Source: Octopus sinensis
Lineage: Eukaryota
NCBI RefSeq assembly: GCF_006345805.1
Contig: NC_043005.1
Location: 5,208,001-5,272,000, forward strand
Direction: 5' to 3'
DNA length: 64,000 bases
The notes beneath the pieces are model-generated. The model was not told the origin of the DNA, made no database searches, and saw nothing but the letters and a program-made list of their open reading frames with translations. The position numbers were made by a program, and so were the translations under genes. Below, piece after piece: positions 12,311 to 26,419 of this stretch; within the stretch, counting starts at the first letter, position 1; the number at the start of each line of letters is the position of its first letter.

Positions 12311-12479
12311 ACTTGCATTAGAAATTGTGTTATTAATACCAAAAGGATGGAAACAAAACAAAGCAATTTCAGTTATATTTGACTGAGAATGTAAAAGCTA
12401 TAAAACCTCTTGTTTGGGTCCATAATGTTTCTGCTGTACATTGCACCAGCCCCTATATTTCTTATTTTAGCCAGCAATT

Positions 12480-13400
12480 TTGAGGGAAGTTGGGTAAGTC
12501 GTCAATACTATGTGCTTCAGTACTTGATGGATACTTTATTTTATTGACCCCAGAAGAATAAAAGACAAAATTGACCTCATCCGGATTTGAATTCACATGT
12601 GTCTAATAATAAATATTTTCTCACATTTTTTCAGAGTTGCAGGCTTTGCTAAAGAGTTATGGTTGATTGAATCAATCCCAATGCATAACTATTATCTATT
12701 TTATTATCTATTTTATTGATGAACGATTAAAAGCAAAGTCTATTCAGGCAAGATTTGACCTCAGAATGCAAAGTCTTTTTGTCTGGTTCTCTAATGTTTT
12801 TGCTATACATACCTGAACCCATGGTTCTTATTTGAGCACAAGGTCAGCAATTTAGGGGGAAGGAAATTAGCTGATTATATTGATCCTAGTACTTGACTGT
12901 TACTTTATTTTGTTGCTTGGTGGGATGAACGGTAAAGTTGACTTGAGACTCATGTGAGTCTAATATTTCTTTTTCTAATTTTGACACAAGGCAAAGAATT
13001 TTAAGGGAAGTCAGAAAATCAATTACATCAACCCAAATACTTAACTAGTTCTTCATTTTATCAACTCTGAAAGAAGATTTAAGACAAAACTGACTTTGGC
13101 AGAATTTGAACTCAGAATACATTGCCAGAACAAAAATGGCAAAGCATTTTCCCCACACTCTTATGATTCTGTCAGCTTGCCACCTGTATATGAGTCTAAT
13201 CTTAAATGTTTTCTCACATTTGCATAGAGTCACAGACTTTGCTGAAGAGTTATTGTCAACTGAATCAATCCCAATACATAACTGTTACCTATTTTACCAA
13301 CAAAGGAGTAAAAGCAAAGTTTACTCAGACAGGATTTGAACTAAGGATGAAAGGATAAATAGGAAAAATGCAAAAAAAGTGATTTAACTCTATGTACAAC
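12480..13400 (-). repeat. Cluster of about 5 degenerate same-orientation SINE B copies
   Basis: aaagcaaag/aaagtt-gac...gatttgaactcagaat-like motif recurs near 12560, 12730, 12930, 13085 and 13310. Confidence 0.6.
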
Positions 13401-13849
13401 TATTTCTGCTGCCCTACCATCTAAATGTCTTGAATAATTCTGATTAGCGGCATTAATAAAATGCTTAAAAAACATTAATTTGTTTTCTTTTCACATGAAA
13501 TTCTACTTCAGTTACACAACAAAAAAACTACTAACCGAACGACTGTCATAACAAGTAGGCGACTATCGTATGTAGTGGATCGCTTGTCTCAGAAGTTGCC
13601 CAGCCCTTTATAGTTTGGTTACACGCAGAGATGCTGGTGATGGTAGCTGTAGAGAAAATGGGAATGAGGCAAAGAATCATATTTAACACTGAGTCAAATT
13701 GTTGTATGCAAATTACCCATCATTGTGAATCACTAATGTCTGCCTTAGCTTGAGGTGAGCATTGGAGTGCTGGAGGTGAGCAAACAGCAGGTATACACCA
13801 CATTGTGCTGTACCCTGTGCTCAAAAAGAACTGGTACTCCATCAGCTAC

Positions 13850-14155
13850 AACAATGAGGGTTCCAGTTGATCTGATCAATGGAATAGCCTGTTTGTGAAA
13901 TTAATGTGCAAGTGGCTGAGCACTCCACAGACATGTGTACCTTTAATGTGGTTAGTTCTCAGGTTGGTTCAGCATGACGCAGAATGGGACAAGGCTGGCC
14001 CCCTTTGAATTACAAGTACAACTCATCTTTGCCAGTTGAGTGGACTGGAGCAACGTGGAATAAAGTGTCTTGCTCAAGGACATAATGCATTGTCAAATAT
14101 TGAACTTATGACCTTAAAACCATTAGCTGGATACCTTAACCACTAAGCCACACCA
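13850..14155 (-). mobile_element. SINE family C, near full length
   Basis: agggttccagttgatc...gagtggactggagcaacgtggaataaagtgtcttgctcaagga...cttaaccactaagccac. Confidence 0.75.
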
Positions 14156-14839
14156 TGGGCTCTCAGCCTTGATGAAGTTGTTAGGGTTCTATTATGACAT
14201 ATGGTGTGTCTTGGGTATTTTTATACATTGCAGAGCCCATCTCTCCAAGACTCTTTCTACTTGTTAGCCATTCTTCATCCATTAAAATTGTTCCCTACAC
14301 CTACATTAGCCATCCCATCCCTATGCACAGACCACCAAATGATCTCTCCTCATGCTCTATGCCTGTTTCTCTCTCCCTCTCCTACATAGCATATGTTATC
14401 TCTCTCTCTCACTTGTCCTCTCCCCGTCAGTCAGCTGTATCATCATTACTAGCCTCTTGCTAATCCCCATCTACCCATCTACCTTCCCCACATTGAACTC
14501 CACTAGCTACCCCACCTCCTTTGTATCCATCACACCCTCTATCCACCTTTGAATGCTATCCAATCCTTACAGATCACACACACCCCTTTCTCATTCTCCC
14601 CCCATCTCTTGCTCTTCCCTCTACTCACACTCTTGGAAAGCCCCACCCTCCTAGCTTCTGTATCTGCACTTGGTTCTATTCACCTCATACCTTAAGGTGC
14701 CACCTCATCACCCCTATTCATCTCTTTGGGGACACTATTGATTCATTTTTTCCCTCTCTCCCCTAAATGTGAGTTGCCATGTAGCTCCTCTACAACAAGA
14801 ACCTGCTCTGCCCAACCCTTTCTTATCATATCTTAAACC

Positions 14840-15102
14840 CCCACCAAGCATAAAGGTGCCTCCTCCAACCCTGGGTTTTATAGCCTTGCAAGCTGCATGA
14901 TGACTTATGCCAGCGGCATGAAAAAGAGCACCCAGTACATGCTGAAAAGTGGTTGACATTAGGAAGGGCTTCCAGCTGTGGAAACCATGTCAAAGGAGAC
15001 ACTGAAGGATGATACAGTTCTTGGACTCATTGGACCCTGTCAAACCATCCAACCCATGCCAGATTGGAATACAGACAGTAAATGATGATGATGTGTATAC
15101 AC

Positions 15103-15140
<38 letters not shown>

Positions 15141-15382
15141 TAAAAAGCACCAACCAATTGTGGCCATTGCCAGCCTCCCCTGGCCCCTGTGCCAGGCGCA
15201 CGTAAAAAGCGCCCACTATACTCATGGAGTGGTTGGCGTTATGAAGGGCATCCAGCCGTAGAAACACTGCCAGATCGCACTGGATCCTGGTGCAGCCTCC
15301 TTGCTTCCCAGACCCCGGTTGAACCGTCCAACCCATGCTAGCATGGAAAACGGACGTTAAACAATGATGATAATGATGATGA
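14840..15382 (+). mobile_element. Two tandem RTE-type 3' tails with (GAT)n ends
   Basis: aggaagggcttccagctgtgg...ccaacccatgcc...atgatgatg (to ~15092) and a second copy at 15135-15382. Confidence 0.75.
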
Positions 15383-15383
15383 T

Positions 15384-15536
15384 ATATTCTGTTGTGTCTG
15401 GAGAGAGTCATTTTCTTTTTGTGCCTTATTATGTAAGGACAATAAAAATAAGAAAAAAAGTGGAAATTTTACCGGTGAGTGTGTTACATAATAAGGCACA
15501 AAATGAAAATGACTCTCCCCAGACACAATAGAATAT
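15384..15536. repeat. 53-bp inverted repeat (3 mismatches) with 47-nt spacer, PLE-like
   Basis: 15384-15436 is the reverse complement of 15484-15536. Confidence 0.85.
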
Positions 15537-15684
15537 ACTACAACTCACGAACTCATATGAAGAATCTTGCAAACCAAATCCCAAAACGAAATATATATAT
15601 ATATATTTATATACATATATGTATATATATATATTTATATACATATATGTATATATATATTTATATACATACATGTATATATGT

Positions 15685-15925
15685 GTGGAGGCGTGTGGCT
15701 TAGTATTAGGATGTTCGACTCCTGATTGTAAGATTGTGGTTTTGATTTCTGGACTGGATGACACATTGTGTTCTTGAGCAAGACACTTCATTTCATGTTG
15801 CTCCAGTCCATTCAGATGGCAAAAAGGAGTAATCCTGTGATGGACTAGTGTTCTGTCAAGTGGGTGGGGATATATACACCACAGAAGCCGGGGAAACTGG
15901 CCCTGTGAGTCTATATCACTAGGGA
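15685..15925 (+). mobile_element. SINE family C
   Basis: ggaggcgtgtggcttagt...ttgtgttcttgagcaagacacttcatttcatgttgctccagtcca. Confidence 0.75.
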
Positions 15926-16151
15926 AGCAATGTTTCTCCTTTTGTATATACATATGTGTTTGCACACGTGCATGTGTGTGTGTTGTGTGCATAGATATAT
16001 ATGAATATATGTGTGTATAGATATATATATGTACATGTGTACAGATTTATATATGTGTATATGTGTGTAGAGATGTATATATATATATGTGTAAAGATAT
16101 ATGTGTAGATATGTGTATGCCATCACATATATATGTGTGTGTGTGTATGGT

Positions 16152-16185
<34 letters not shown>

Positions 16186-17160
16186 TAGATACACACATAC
16201 ACAGACACACATATACCAGAATGTCGTCAGCAAAACATTTTCAAGTGAGAGATGTCAACCATCTCAGCTGACACATAAATATATCATATGTTTTATATAT
16301 ACATATAGATATAGGATGTATATATAATATTGTATGTTTATATATAATATAATCTTACTTATGTCGTGTTTTATCATGTTTGCTATTTTCAACATATTTT
16401 TGTGGGAAATGTTTTCCATTCTATGACACAAACACACACATACGTGTGTAGCTATGCATGTATGTATGTATTTATATATACATATATATGTGTATGTGTG
16501 TATGTATGTGTATCTATTTAAACATGCAATATACTTATATATCTGTGTTTCTGCACATGTGTATGTGTGTGTATATATATATATATGTGTGTAAGTTTAT
16601 TTCTACATATATTTTAATTTTAGCATGTATGTATTTGTATGTATGTGTAGACATGTATGTATATATGTATAAGTATATCTATGTGTGTATTTGTTTAAAT
16701 GCTTTTATGCATATATTTACAGGTTTGGATGTATATATATATCCAAACCTGTACATGCATACACATACATGAGCAACAACAAAAACCTCACAGTGCAATA
16801 AATAAACAACTGACTACAGGACATGATTTAGAAAGTGAAAATGTCCGATGAGACATTCACATTTGTAACAAGACTTTCACTCCATATTAAAAAAAAAAAA
16901 AATGAAAATAAGACCAACCATCTCAAGAACAGTTGTCACCATTGTCTTCCACAATCTCTTCATCTCTTTGGTTTGGTTTTGATTTCTCCATTTCTTTGCA
17001 ACCACTCTGTTACCACATGCTATTGCAGCATCTATGATCTTACTATTTATTTTTTAGTCCTCTACAATCATATTTGGTCTTTTTAGTCAGTCTCTGTAGT
17101 TCAGTCAGTCTCTGTAGAGAAATCCTATAAAATCCTGTAATTGTCACTCACCCTCGCAGC

Positions 17161-17588
17161 CAGGGCTGGATTAAGACCCATCAAGGCTACTAAGCACTTA
17201 AAAGATTTTGGTGTCCCCATAAAAGATTATGTACTTCCAAATGTAAACAATAACAAACCATAAAATAAATTTTTATTTTTCAAAATGAAACAAAACAATA
17301 AGAGAGAAAATAATGTTTATTTTTGTCTCCTTCTACTTTATTTATATTTGAAAAGTTTCCTCCTACTTTTTTAAATTGCAAAGTCTTTGAATGAGATCCT
17401 CAAAATTAATCTTAGGTAATGCATCTGCATCTATACTTAGTAGAGATAAAGGCATCCCAAATATTATTTTAGCAAGTTTAAAGGGATTTCTTTTGGTGCT
17501 GTAAACCCTTTACATTTCTTTGGTGTTCCCTCCTTCCCTTGATGCCCTCAGCACATGCTTATTTTGCTTAATGGTTAATCTAGCACTG
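17161..17588. mobile_element. hAT-like MITE, copy 1
   Basis: TIRs cagggctggattaa / ttaatctagcactg. Flanking 8-mers ctcgcagc / ctcacagt match 6/8 (decayed TSD). Homologous to 55310-55717. Confidence 0.8.
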
Positions 17589-17992
17589 CTCACAGTCAAT
17601 GGCTTCTCTCCATACTACTTTTCTGCCAATTTGAATTTACATACTCAGCTAACATCCCAATGCATTCTTTTATAGAAACAGTCATGCTTGCATTTATACT
17701 CTTTTTGTGGTAGCTTACTGCATGCAGTTGAGAAATTACTAATACTTTCTCCTTTTTAACAGATTCTATGTTTACTCTCAGGTAGTGAGATGACAGAATT
17801 AGTGATGAATTGAACAAAATGCTTAATGGCGCTTCTTCAGTGTCTTTGCATTCTGAGTTCAAATCCCACTGAGGTCAAGTTTGCTTTCATACTTTCAGGG
17901 TTGATAAAATAAAGTACCAGTCAAGTACTGAAGTTGATATAACTGATTATCCTCATCTAAAATTGCTGACTTGGCCAAAAATTTAAAACAGT

Positions 17993-18362
17993 TATTACCT
18001 CCGCTTTCACTAAGGCAGAGGTATTGTTTTCAGTTGTGTATGTTTGTTTGTCCATGGACAAAATATCTCAAAAACCACTGGATAGATTGAGGTGAAACTT
18101 TCAGGGATGTTTGGCCTCATGACTGTCATGAACTGATTAGATTTTGGGATTGATCAGGTACCGGACAAGGATTCTAGATTATTTTTCCTGCTTTTTTTAC
18201 TTAATTTTTGAGAGCGGTTGGGTTTGTTTTTAGTATTCTCATTTGTGAGAGCAGTCGAGTTTATTTCAAATACTCTCATTTTAAAAATCATCTCTAGCTA
18301 ATCATTGAGAGGACGTTGGTGTTGCCTTGGTGGAGGTTTGCACTCTGTAAGTGCTCTTGTTA
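17993..18362 (+). mobile_element. Helentron/HINE-like non-autonomous element
   Basis: Subterminal inverted repeats acctccgc..aagg / ccttggtggaggt and a 3' stem-loop gcactctgtaagtgc. Confidence 0.6.
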
Positions 18363-18664
18363 TTTTTGTTATTATTTCCCTAATCAAATGTAACCTACAA
18401 CACCGAAATTTAGAGTGTTTACATAGAAGATAACCATTACATAATTTCAATATTTAATAAGCAAGAAAAATAAATAATAATGATAGCTCCACCTCCAATT
18501 TTTACATGGTCTCATTTTTCTTAAGATATATTCTCTAATATTTTAAAATCTCGTCACTTTCTTGAAGATATCCCAAGCTTGACTTGAAATATGAGTTTAG
18601 TTATGTTGTGAAATGTATATATATATATATATAAACTTAAAAGTTTATATATATATAAACGTAA

Positions 18665-18970
18665 AAGGGCACCATTCGAGCATGATCATTACCAAAGTCA
18701 CCTTACTGGCACCTGTGCTGGTGGCATGTGTAAAAGGATTCGAGCAAGGTCATTGCCAGTACCACCTGACTGGCCCCCATGCCTGTGGCACGTAAAAAGC
18801 ACCCACTACACTCTCAGAGTGGTTGGCATTAGGAAGGGCATCCAGCTGTAGAAACTCTGCCAAATCAAGATTGGAGACTGGTGCAGCCATCTGGTTTGCC
18901 AGCCCTCAGTCAAAATCGTCCAACCCATGCTGGCATGGAAAGCGGACGTTAAACGATGATGATGATGGTT
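18665..18970 (+). mobile_element. RTE 3' tail
   Basis: Same tail as 2450-2620, ending gatgatgatgat. Confidence 0.85.
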
Positions 18971-20124
18971 ATGATATATATCATTGCTACTATGCAAAAG
19001 TGTTGTAAGTCCAAAATGTTGCTTTTCCTGAAATCAAAAAAATAGTTTCACCATTCCATTTACATATATACGATGGGCTTCTTTCAGTTTCCATCTACCA
19101 AATCCACTCACAAGGCTTTGGTCGAAGACACTTGCCCAAGGTGCCATGCAGTAGGACTGAACCCTGAACCATGTGGTTCATAAGCAAGCTACTTACCACA
19201 CAGCCACTCCTATGCATGTGTGTGAGTTTAATATGAAAATCGTGGTTATGTTACAGTTCTGACACCTGATATTTCAATAATCCACTCCACCATATTTTTA
19301 TTTCACTCTTAAGTTCCCAGACTCTTGTTTTCTTTCTTTTTGCTTTTATTATTAATGTTTAGATCAAATCCTCCTCTTGAACTTCTGGTAAACTGTGTAA
19401 CTTTGCATATCTCAGCAGTAGTCAGCATGCATTTCTTCTGACCATCCATCTTAATATCTATTTTCAAAGACAAAAATATTCTTGGTGGAATCTTTCACTT
19501 GGCTCATTAGATAAGTCAGCAGGCATTCGATGGAAGAAAACAAAAACTGAAAATGAGAATGCAGAATGTGAACTGTTAGTGATATTTTTCAACCCAAGAA
19601 CTGATACTTTTGAAGCAAATTGTATACATTTTGTTCATAGTCATCTGCACAATTTCACCCAAAAAGTACTGGCATTCCACCGCCGCCGCCACCACTACCA
19701 CCACCACCACCACCATCGTTTAATGTTCATGCTCCATGCTGGCATGGGTTGGACAGTTTGACAGGAAGCAAGAAGCACTGCATCATGCATTGGTGTCTGT
19801 TTTGGCATTCTTTCTTTCTATGGCTGAATACTCTTCCTACGGTCAACCACTTTACAGTGTGTTCTGGGTGCTTCTTCATTGCACCAGCAGTAATGAGGTC
19901 ACAATGCAATTTCCAAGACTACGAACTTTGAGTGAGGCAGCTTTATGCTAGGAGTGGTTGGCGTTAGGAAGGGCATCCAGCTGTAGAAACACTGCCAGAT
20001 CAGACTGGGCCTGGTGCAGCCTCCTGGCTTCCCAGACCCCGGTCAAACCGTCCAACCCGTGCTAGCATGGAAAATGGATGTTAAACGATGATGATGATAA
20101 GGGGTTAAAGAAGTGGTTTTCAAC

Positions 20125-20218
20125 TGGGATTCATATGACCCTTTGGGATTCATATGACCCTTTGGGATTCATATGACCCTTTGGGATTCATATGACCCTT
20201 TGGGATTCATATGAGACT
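20125..20218. repeat. 20-bp tandem repeat, ~4.7 copies (tgggattcatatgacccttt)
   Basis: Exact units at 20125, 20145, 20165 and 20185, partial at 20205. Confidence 0.95.
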
Positions 20219-20292
20219 TTGATGTTAACATTTATGTGCAATGAACTGGTTATACTTTTACAATGCACAAAATATTTTAACAATTTTTATAT

Positions 20293-21052
20293 AGAGGAGT
20301 GGCTGTGTGGTAAGTAGTTTGCTTACCAACCACAGGGTTCCGGGTTCAGTCTCACTGCATGGCACCTTGGGCAAGTGTCTTCTATTATAGCCTCAGGCCA
20401 ACCAAAGCTTTGTGAGTGGATATGGTAGACGGAAACTGAAAGAAGCCTGTCATATCTGTATTTATATATATGTGTGTGTGTTTGTCCCACCCCCACCATT
20501 GCTTGACAACCGATGCTGGTGTGTTTACGTCCCTGTAACTTAGCAGTTTGGCAAAAGAGACTGATAGAATAAATACTAAGCTTACAAAGAATAAGTTGAC
20601 TTGCTTGATTAAAGGCGGTGCTCCAGCATGGCTGCAGTCATATTAGTGAAACAAGTAAAAGAGTATACAATTCCTAATAATATTTAATTACTAAAGACTG
20701 GAGCACAGCCTTTAGTCGAGCAAATCAACCCCAGGACTTATTCTTTGTAAGCCTAGTACTTATTCTATTGGTCTCTTTTGCAGAACTGCTAAGTTACGGG
20801 GATGTAAACACACCAGCATCGGTTGTCAAGCGATGTTGGGGGGACAAACACAGACACACAAACATACACACACATACACGCATATATACGATGGGCTTCT
20901 TTCAGTTTCCGTCTACCAAATCCACTCACAAGGCTTCGGTTGGCCCGAGGCTATAGTAGAAGACAATCGCCCAAGGTGCCACACAGTGGAACTGAACCCG
21001 GAACCCTGTGGTTGGTAAGCAAGCTACTTACTACGCAGCCACTCCTGCGCCT
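20293..21052. mobile_element. Tail-to-tail inverted pair of SINE A copies (20293-20665 plus, 20698-21052 minus)
   Basis: Two near full-length copies in opposite orientation about 30 bp apart, apparently inside a cagtggttc-type MITE (20111-21169). Confidence 0.85.
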
Positions 21053-21962
21053 ATAAAATTATAAAAATTTTGTAAATATCAAATGGCTATAGGGGTCCAT
21101 CCAAGTAAAATAGGAATCTAAGAGGTCCGTAGGTAAAATCCATAGGTAAAATATAATTGTGAACCACTGGGAGAGTAAGGATCAGAGCAGAACAGATTCC
21201 TTGCTGTAGAGGGACCAGATGAATACCTCACATTTTAGAAGAAAGGCTAGAGGAGTGATTGGCATGGGTGAGGTAGGAAGAGGAAGTAATGAATATAGCG
21301 GTGATGAGGCATCTGTGTGGAACCTCAAAGTATGAAGTGAATGGGGACCGATGTGGGTGGGTGGAGGTTGCAAGAGTGTATGGGAGAGTAAGAGACGGGG
21401 AATGAGTGGGTGGGTGGGGGTGATTATAATAAATGAATATAATTCTTTCAAATTTTGGGACAAGGTCAGTAATTTTGAGGGGAGGGTTGTTCAACTGATA
21501 ATTATTTTATTGACATCTTAATTTATGACACCAAAAAAACAGTTGGAAATTTAGTATGAAGAAAAAAAGAAAGCTGGCAAATTCTTACCTAGAACCCAAG
21601 TGAAACTGTTAGGAAACATTAGATGTAGTGAGGAAAGATAACTTTTTCTTTGGTTTCCAAAGAAGGATATTTAATAGTCTAATGACCAGGTTCCATGGCT
21701 TGTCTTTGAGGCAAATCTTTACAAATTCAGGAATCAGAAGAAATGGTAGCATATTGTGTAACCTAGCTAAGAACAATTTAAAAAATTCTCTCAGATATAC
21801 CTGTTATCATTGGTTATACCAGATATAGTTTTCAAATTTTGGCAGAAATTTTGTAAATATCAAGGTCAGAGATTTCGAAGGGGTTTAAAGCTACTCCAGT
21901 GTTCAACTGGTTCTTATTTTCTCAACTCTGAAAGGATGAAAGGCAATATTAATGACGGAATT

Positions 21963-22346
21963 TATATATATAAAGCTAAAGTTGTTTGTGTATGGCAGGT
22001 TTGGTAGCCTTCAACTAACACTATCTCCTCCGAGACCCTGCAGCGCAAGTTGACCAAAATTGAGAGTATGATAGAAGGCTTGCTCTTCCTTCCATAGAAG
22101 AAAAAATTGAAATCAGATCATGTTAACACCAAAAATTATTTACATCAAAAAGGTGCTTTTTTTCTCTGAAAATCCCTATTTTTTACGATTTTTTTACTGC
22201 TGTGTCGCCATTTTTCGGTGTATTTCAACCAGAAAAATGTTCACTTAAAGAGAATAACAAGCTACATAATGCAAAATTTTTACTTTTCAGAAATTCCAAT
22301 TCTAAAGGGTCGAAACAAACCCGAGCAACACCGGGCGATACTGCTG
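21963..22346 (+). mobile_element. Helitron-like non-autonomous element, copy 1
   Basis: Begins tatatataaagct, ends in hairpin cccgagcaacaccggg. High similarity to 25100-25483. Confidence 0.75.
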
Positions 22347-22618
22347 AATCTGGAAGTAAAGTAAGAAGGCTTTCATTACTATTTCTGACATTTGGGTCAT
22401 TGGTTAGTGGTAGAACTTAGCTACACAGTAGATAAAACTCTTCTGTACAACAAATGTTGGTTCCATCTTTAACTAGCAACACTTAATAATTTTGAATGAA
22501 TTTCCTTGGGAAAAGTGTTTAAATGCAGGACTTATTCTCTCAGTCTCTTTTGCAGAACTGCTAAATTACGGGGATGTCAAGCGATGTTGGGGGGGGGGGG
22601 CACACAAACACAGGCACA

Positions 22619-22677
<59 letters not shown>

Positions 22678-22845
22678 GATCAGTCTCTGTTTTTATTTAT
22701 CTATGTATCTGCCTGTCAGTCTATCTCTCTGAGTGGTTGTCTGTCTGTCTTACTGTCTATATGCCTGTCTATTTATCTATCTATACATAGACACACACAC
22801 ACACACACACATATATATGCATGCACACACACACACATATATGCA

Positions 22846-22878
<33 letters not shown>

Positions 22879-23459
22879 GTACACACACACTACATTTGCT
22901 CAAATCAGGATATAGAGTTTTAAAATATTCCATCCAATAACTTTCTAACATTAATAATTTAATTTGAAGACAAGAAACTGATACAATGTTTATTTTTTGT
23001 GTATATTTCTCTATCTTTTTATATTTTTTATATTACTATTCAACTTTTTTTTACTTATATTTCTATTATTTGTTTATTTATTAATTTTTTTTTAGCTATT
23101 AATTTTCATATGGGAAGATATTTTCTTGTAAGATTTTTTTTTGAAAATGGGTAAAAGAAGAGAAAATGTTTCGAACCGAAAGAGAAAGAAGAAATAAGGA
23201 TTAAATGATCATATTTAGTAATTTAATCTCTCTTAATTATGAACAAACTTGAAAATAAGACTTCTTATGGTGATTATTTTTGTTAATGTATATCAGAGAG
23301 CAGTGTGAGAAAAACCATTCTGTGTGTGTGTGTGTGTGTGTGTGTTGTGTGTGTGTGTGTGTGTGTCAAACTGATTGAAATAAATATCAGAGTTTTTTTA
23401 TGGTAGTATAAAAAGTTGTTAACCTAACGGTTGTTTAATATTAATATACTGATATACTA

Positions 23460-24002
<543 letters not shown>

Positions 24003-24344
24003 TTAGATGCAGTATGGTTGAATGGTTGAGAAACTCATATTTCATAATCTCACAGGATCCAATAATAATTATAATTACAATAATTACAATAACAGCAATA
24101 ATTATTATAATAACTGTAACAACACAATATAATCAACCATACTCTTTTTCCAAGATTTATGGCCTTGTACCAGTGCTAGGCCTTAAGTTATTCCACACAC
24201 ACACACACATATATACACACATGTCGTTGTTGCAGGTCCACAAGATTTTCAGGCTTTAGGCTTCATCCTGCTCAGACTATAGATATTTCTGGCACAACCC
24301 TGTTCCTTTAGTATAAATCATCAATGCATTTAGTACTGGCCCTG

Positions 24345-24386
<42 letters not shown>

Positions 24387-24513
24387 TAACAATTAAGGAA
24401 CGGCCATAATAGGCCATTCACCCACTAGAAATAACAGCCAAAGCTTCTACCGCTGGGCCGCTGGTGGCAATAAAATTCTACAAAATTTTCCTTGCCACCC
24501 TATATTGATTAAT

Positions 24514-24556
<43 letters not shown>

Positions 24557-24696
24557 GCTAGCATGGAAAGCGGATGTTAAACGATGATGATGATATATAT
24601 ATATATATGAGGGTTCGAAAATTTCTTACCAAACAACCACACATGATTTGTTTATAGTGATCCAATGTTTGTGTAGATTGACATTACCTGCACAGG

Positions 24697-25006
24697 TACA
24701 ATGGTTGCCACATGTCAGCTGTTGAAATGATTACAAAGCAACATGAAATGAAGGTGTTTTGCTCAAGAACACAACACAATGCATGGTCTGAGAATCGAAC
24801 CCACGATCTCACAATCATCAGTGCCACACCCTAACCACTAAGCCATGCGCCTTCACTATATTTAGTGGTTAGGGTGTGGCACTGATGATTGTGAGATCGT
24901 GGGTTCGATTCTCAGACCATGCATTGTGTTGTGTTCTTGAGCAAAACACCTTCATTTCATGTTGCTCTGTGATCATTTCAACAGCTGACATGCGGCAACC
25001 ATTATA
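24697..25006. repeat. SINE C fold-back: 145-bp arms, 20-nt loop
   Basis: 24697-24841 and 24862-25006 are reverse complements with 4 transitions; the inner 105 bp are perfect. Confidence 0.95.
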
Positions 25007-25073
25007 TATATATATATATTGGGAAGAGAGAGAGTATGATACAGTCTTGACTTTCTCAGTTTAGTAATCCCTG

Positions 25074-25099
<26 letters not shown>

Positions 25100-25112
<13 letters not shown>

Positions 25113-25483
25113 CTGAAGTTGTCTGTGTGTGGCAGGTTTGGTAGCCTTCAACTAACACTATCTCCTCCGAGACCCTGCGGCGCAAGTTGACCAAAATTGA
25201 GAGTTTGATAGAAGAAAGCTTGCTCTTCCTTCCGTAGAAGAAAAAATTCAAATCGGACCATGTTAACACCAAAATTATTTACATCAAAAAGGTGCTTTTT
25301 TTCTATGAAAATCCCTATTTTTTACGATTTTTTTACTTCTGTGTCGCCATTTTTTGGTGTATTTCGAGAAAAATGTTCACTTAAAGAGAATAACAAGCTA
25401 CATAATGCAAAATTTTTACTTTTCAAAAATTCCAATTCTAAAGGGTTGAAACAAACCCGAGCAACGCCGGGCGATACTGCTAG
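25100..25483 (+). mobile_element. Helitron-like non-autonomous element, copy 2
   Basis: 3' hairpin cccgagcaacgccggg, then CTAG followed by T (canonical Helitron 3' end). Confidence 0.8.
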
Positions 25484-26419
25484 TATACATAAATATATAA
25501 TGGGCCTCCTTCATTTTCCAGCTACAAATCCACTCTTGGTTATTGTCGGACACACTCGAGTTGCTATGGCGTAGGACTTAACCACATAACCATGCCTCTG
25601 TCAATATGCGCACATACGCTCACACACAAAAGGTGTCGAAATTATAATGACTTGATTGATAAATGAGGTGGAGGAGTGTGCGTGTCCACGTCTTGTGTGT
25701 GTTTTTTCCTGCTTTCTGTATGTCCCTTTGTTCTCCTGTGCATCATTTTACTGTACACACTCACACATACACATACACACACTCACACATGCGCACGCAC
25801 ACACACACATTATTTTACAAATAATACATATAATGTTATAACTCTTTCTAGTGTTGTTACTGTTGTGTTGGGAATGTGTATGACATTTTTTCCTTTTTTT
25901 AAATATATTTTAATCTATAAATGTCTCCCTGTTTTTAGTGTTCATATTGTTGTTGTTTGGTGTTGTTTAATTATTACTATTTTATTTCTCTTTTTTTTTT
26001 CATTTCCTTTTTCTGTTTTGTTCAAATACATTTTTATATATATTTCTTATGTGACTTTTCATGCAAAGTTTTGAGAAATTCTTCAAGTTTGAAATCTTAA
26101 CTTTTTTGTTGTTTGCTTTCCTCCTCCTCCCCCTCCTCCTGCTCTTCTTCTTTGGTGTCTTATTCCACCCTCCTCCACCCCCGTTTCTCCACCTCCATCA
26201 TCTGACATAAACTGTTGCCATTTTCTTCAGCGCTTTATATTCCCCAACAGAATGACTCGATTATTGATTTATTTGATTCCCGTCTAGAAAAAAGTTGGCC
26301 AACTATTTTTTTGTATGTTATTTTATTTTATTTTTCTCCAGATGTTGTAAACAAACCATTTTGGTAAGATTGTCAAAGAAAGATTAATACAACAAAAAAA
26401 CAAAACAAACCCCAAAAGA

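Noticed and set aside
16220-16235. CUGACGA on the minus strand as another hammerhead
   Set aside because: No stem II or GAAA follows
20125-20218. Regular short repeat resembling a CRISPR array
   Set aside because: Contiguous units with no spacers in a eukaryotic context; a simple minisatellite
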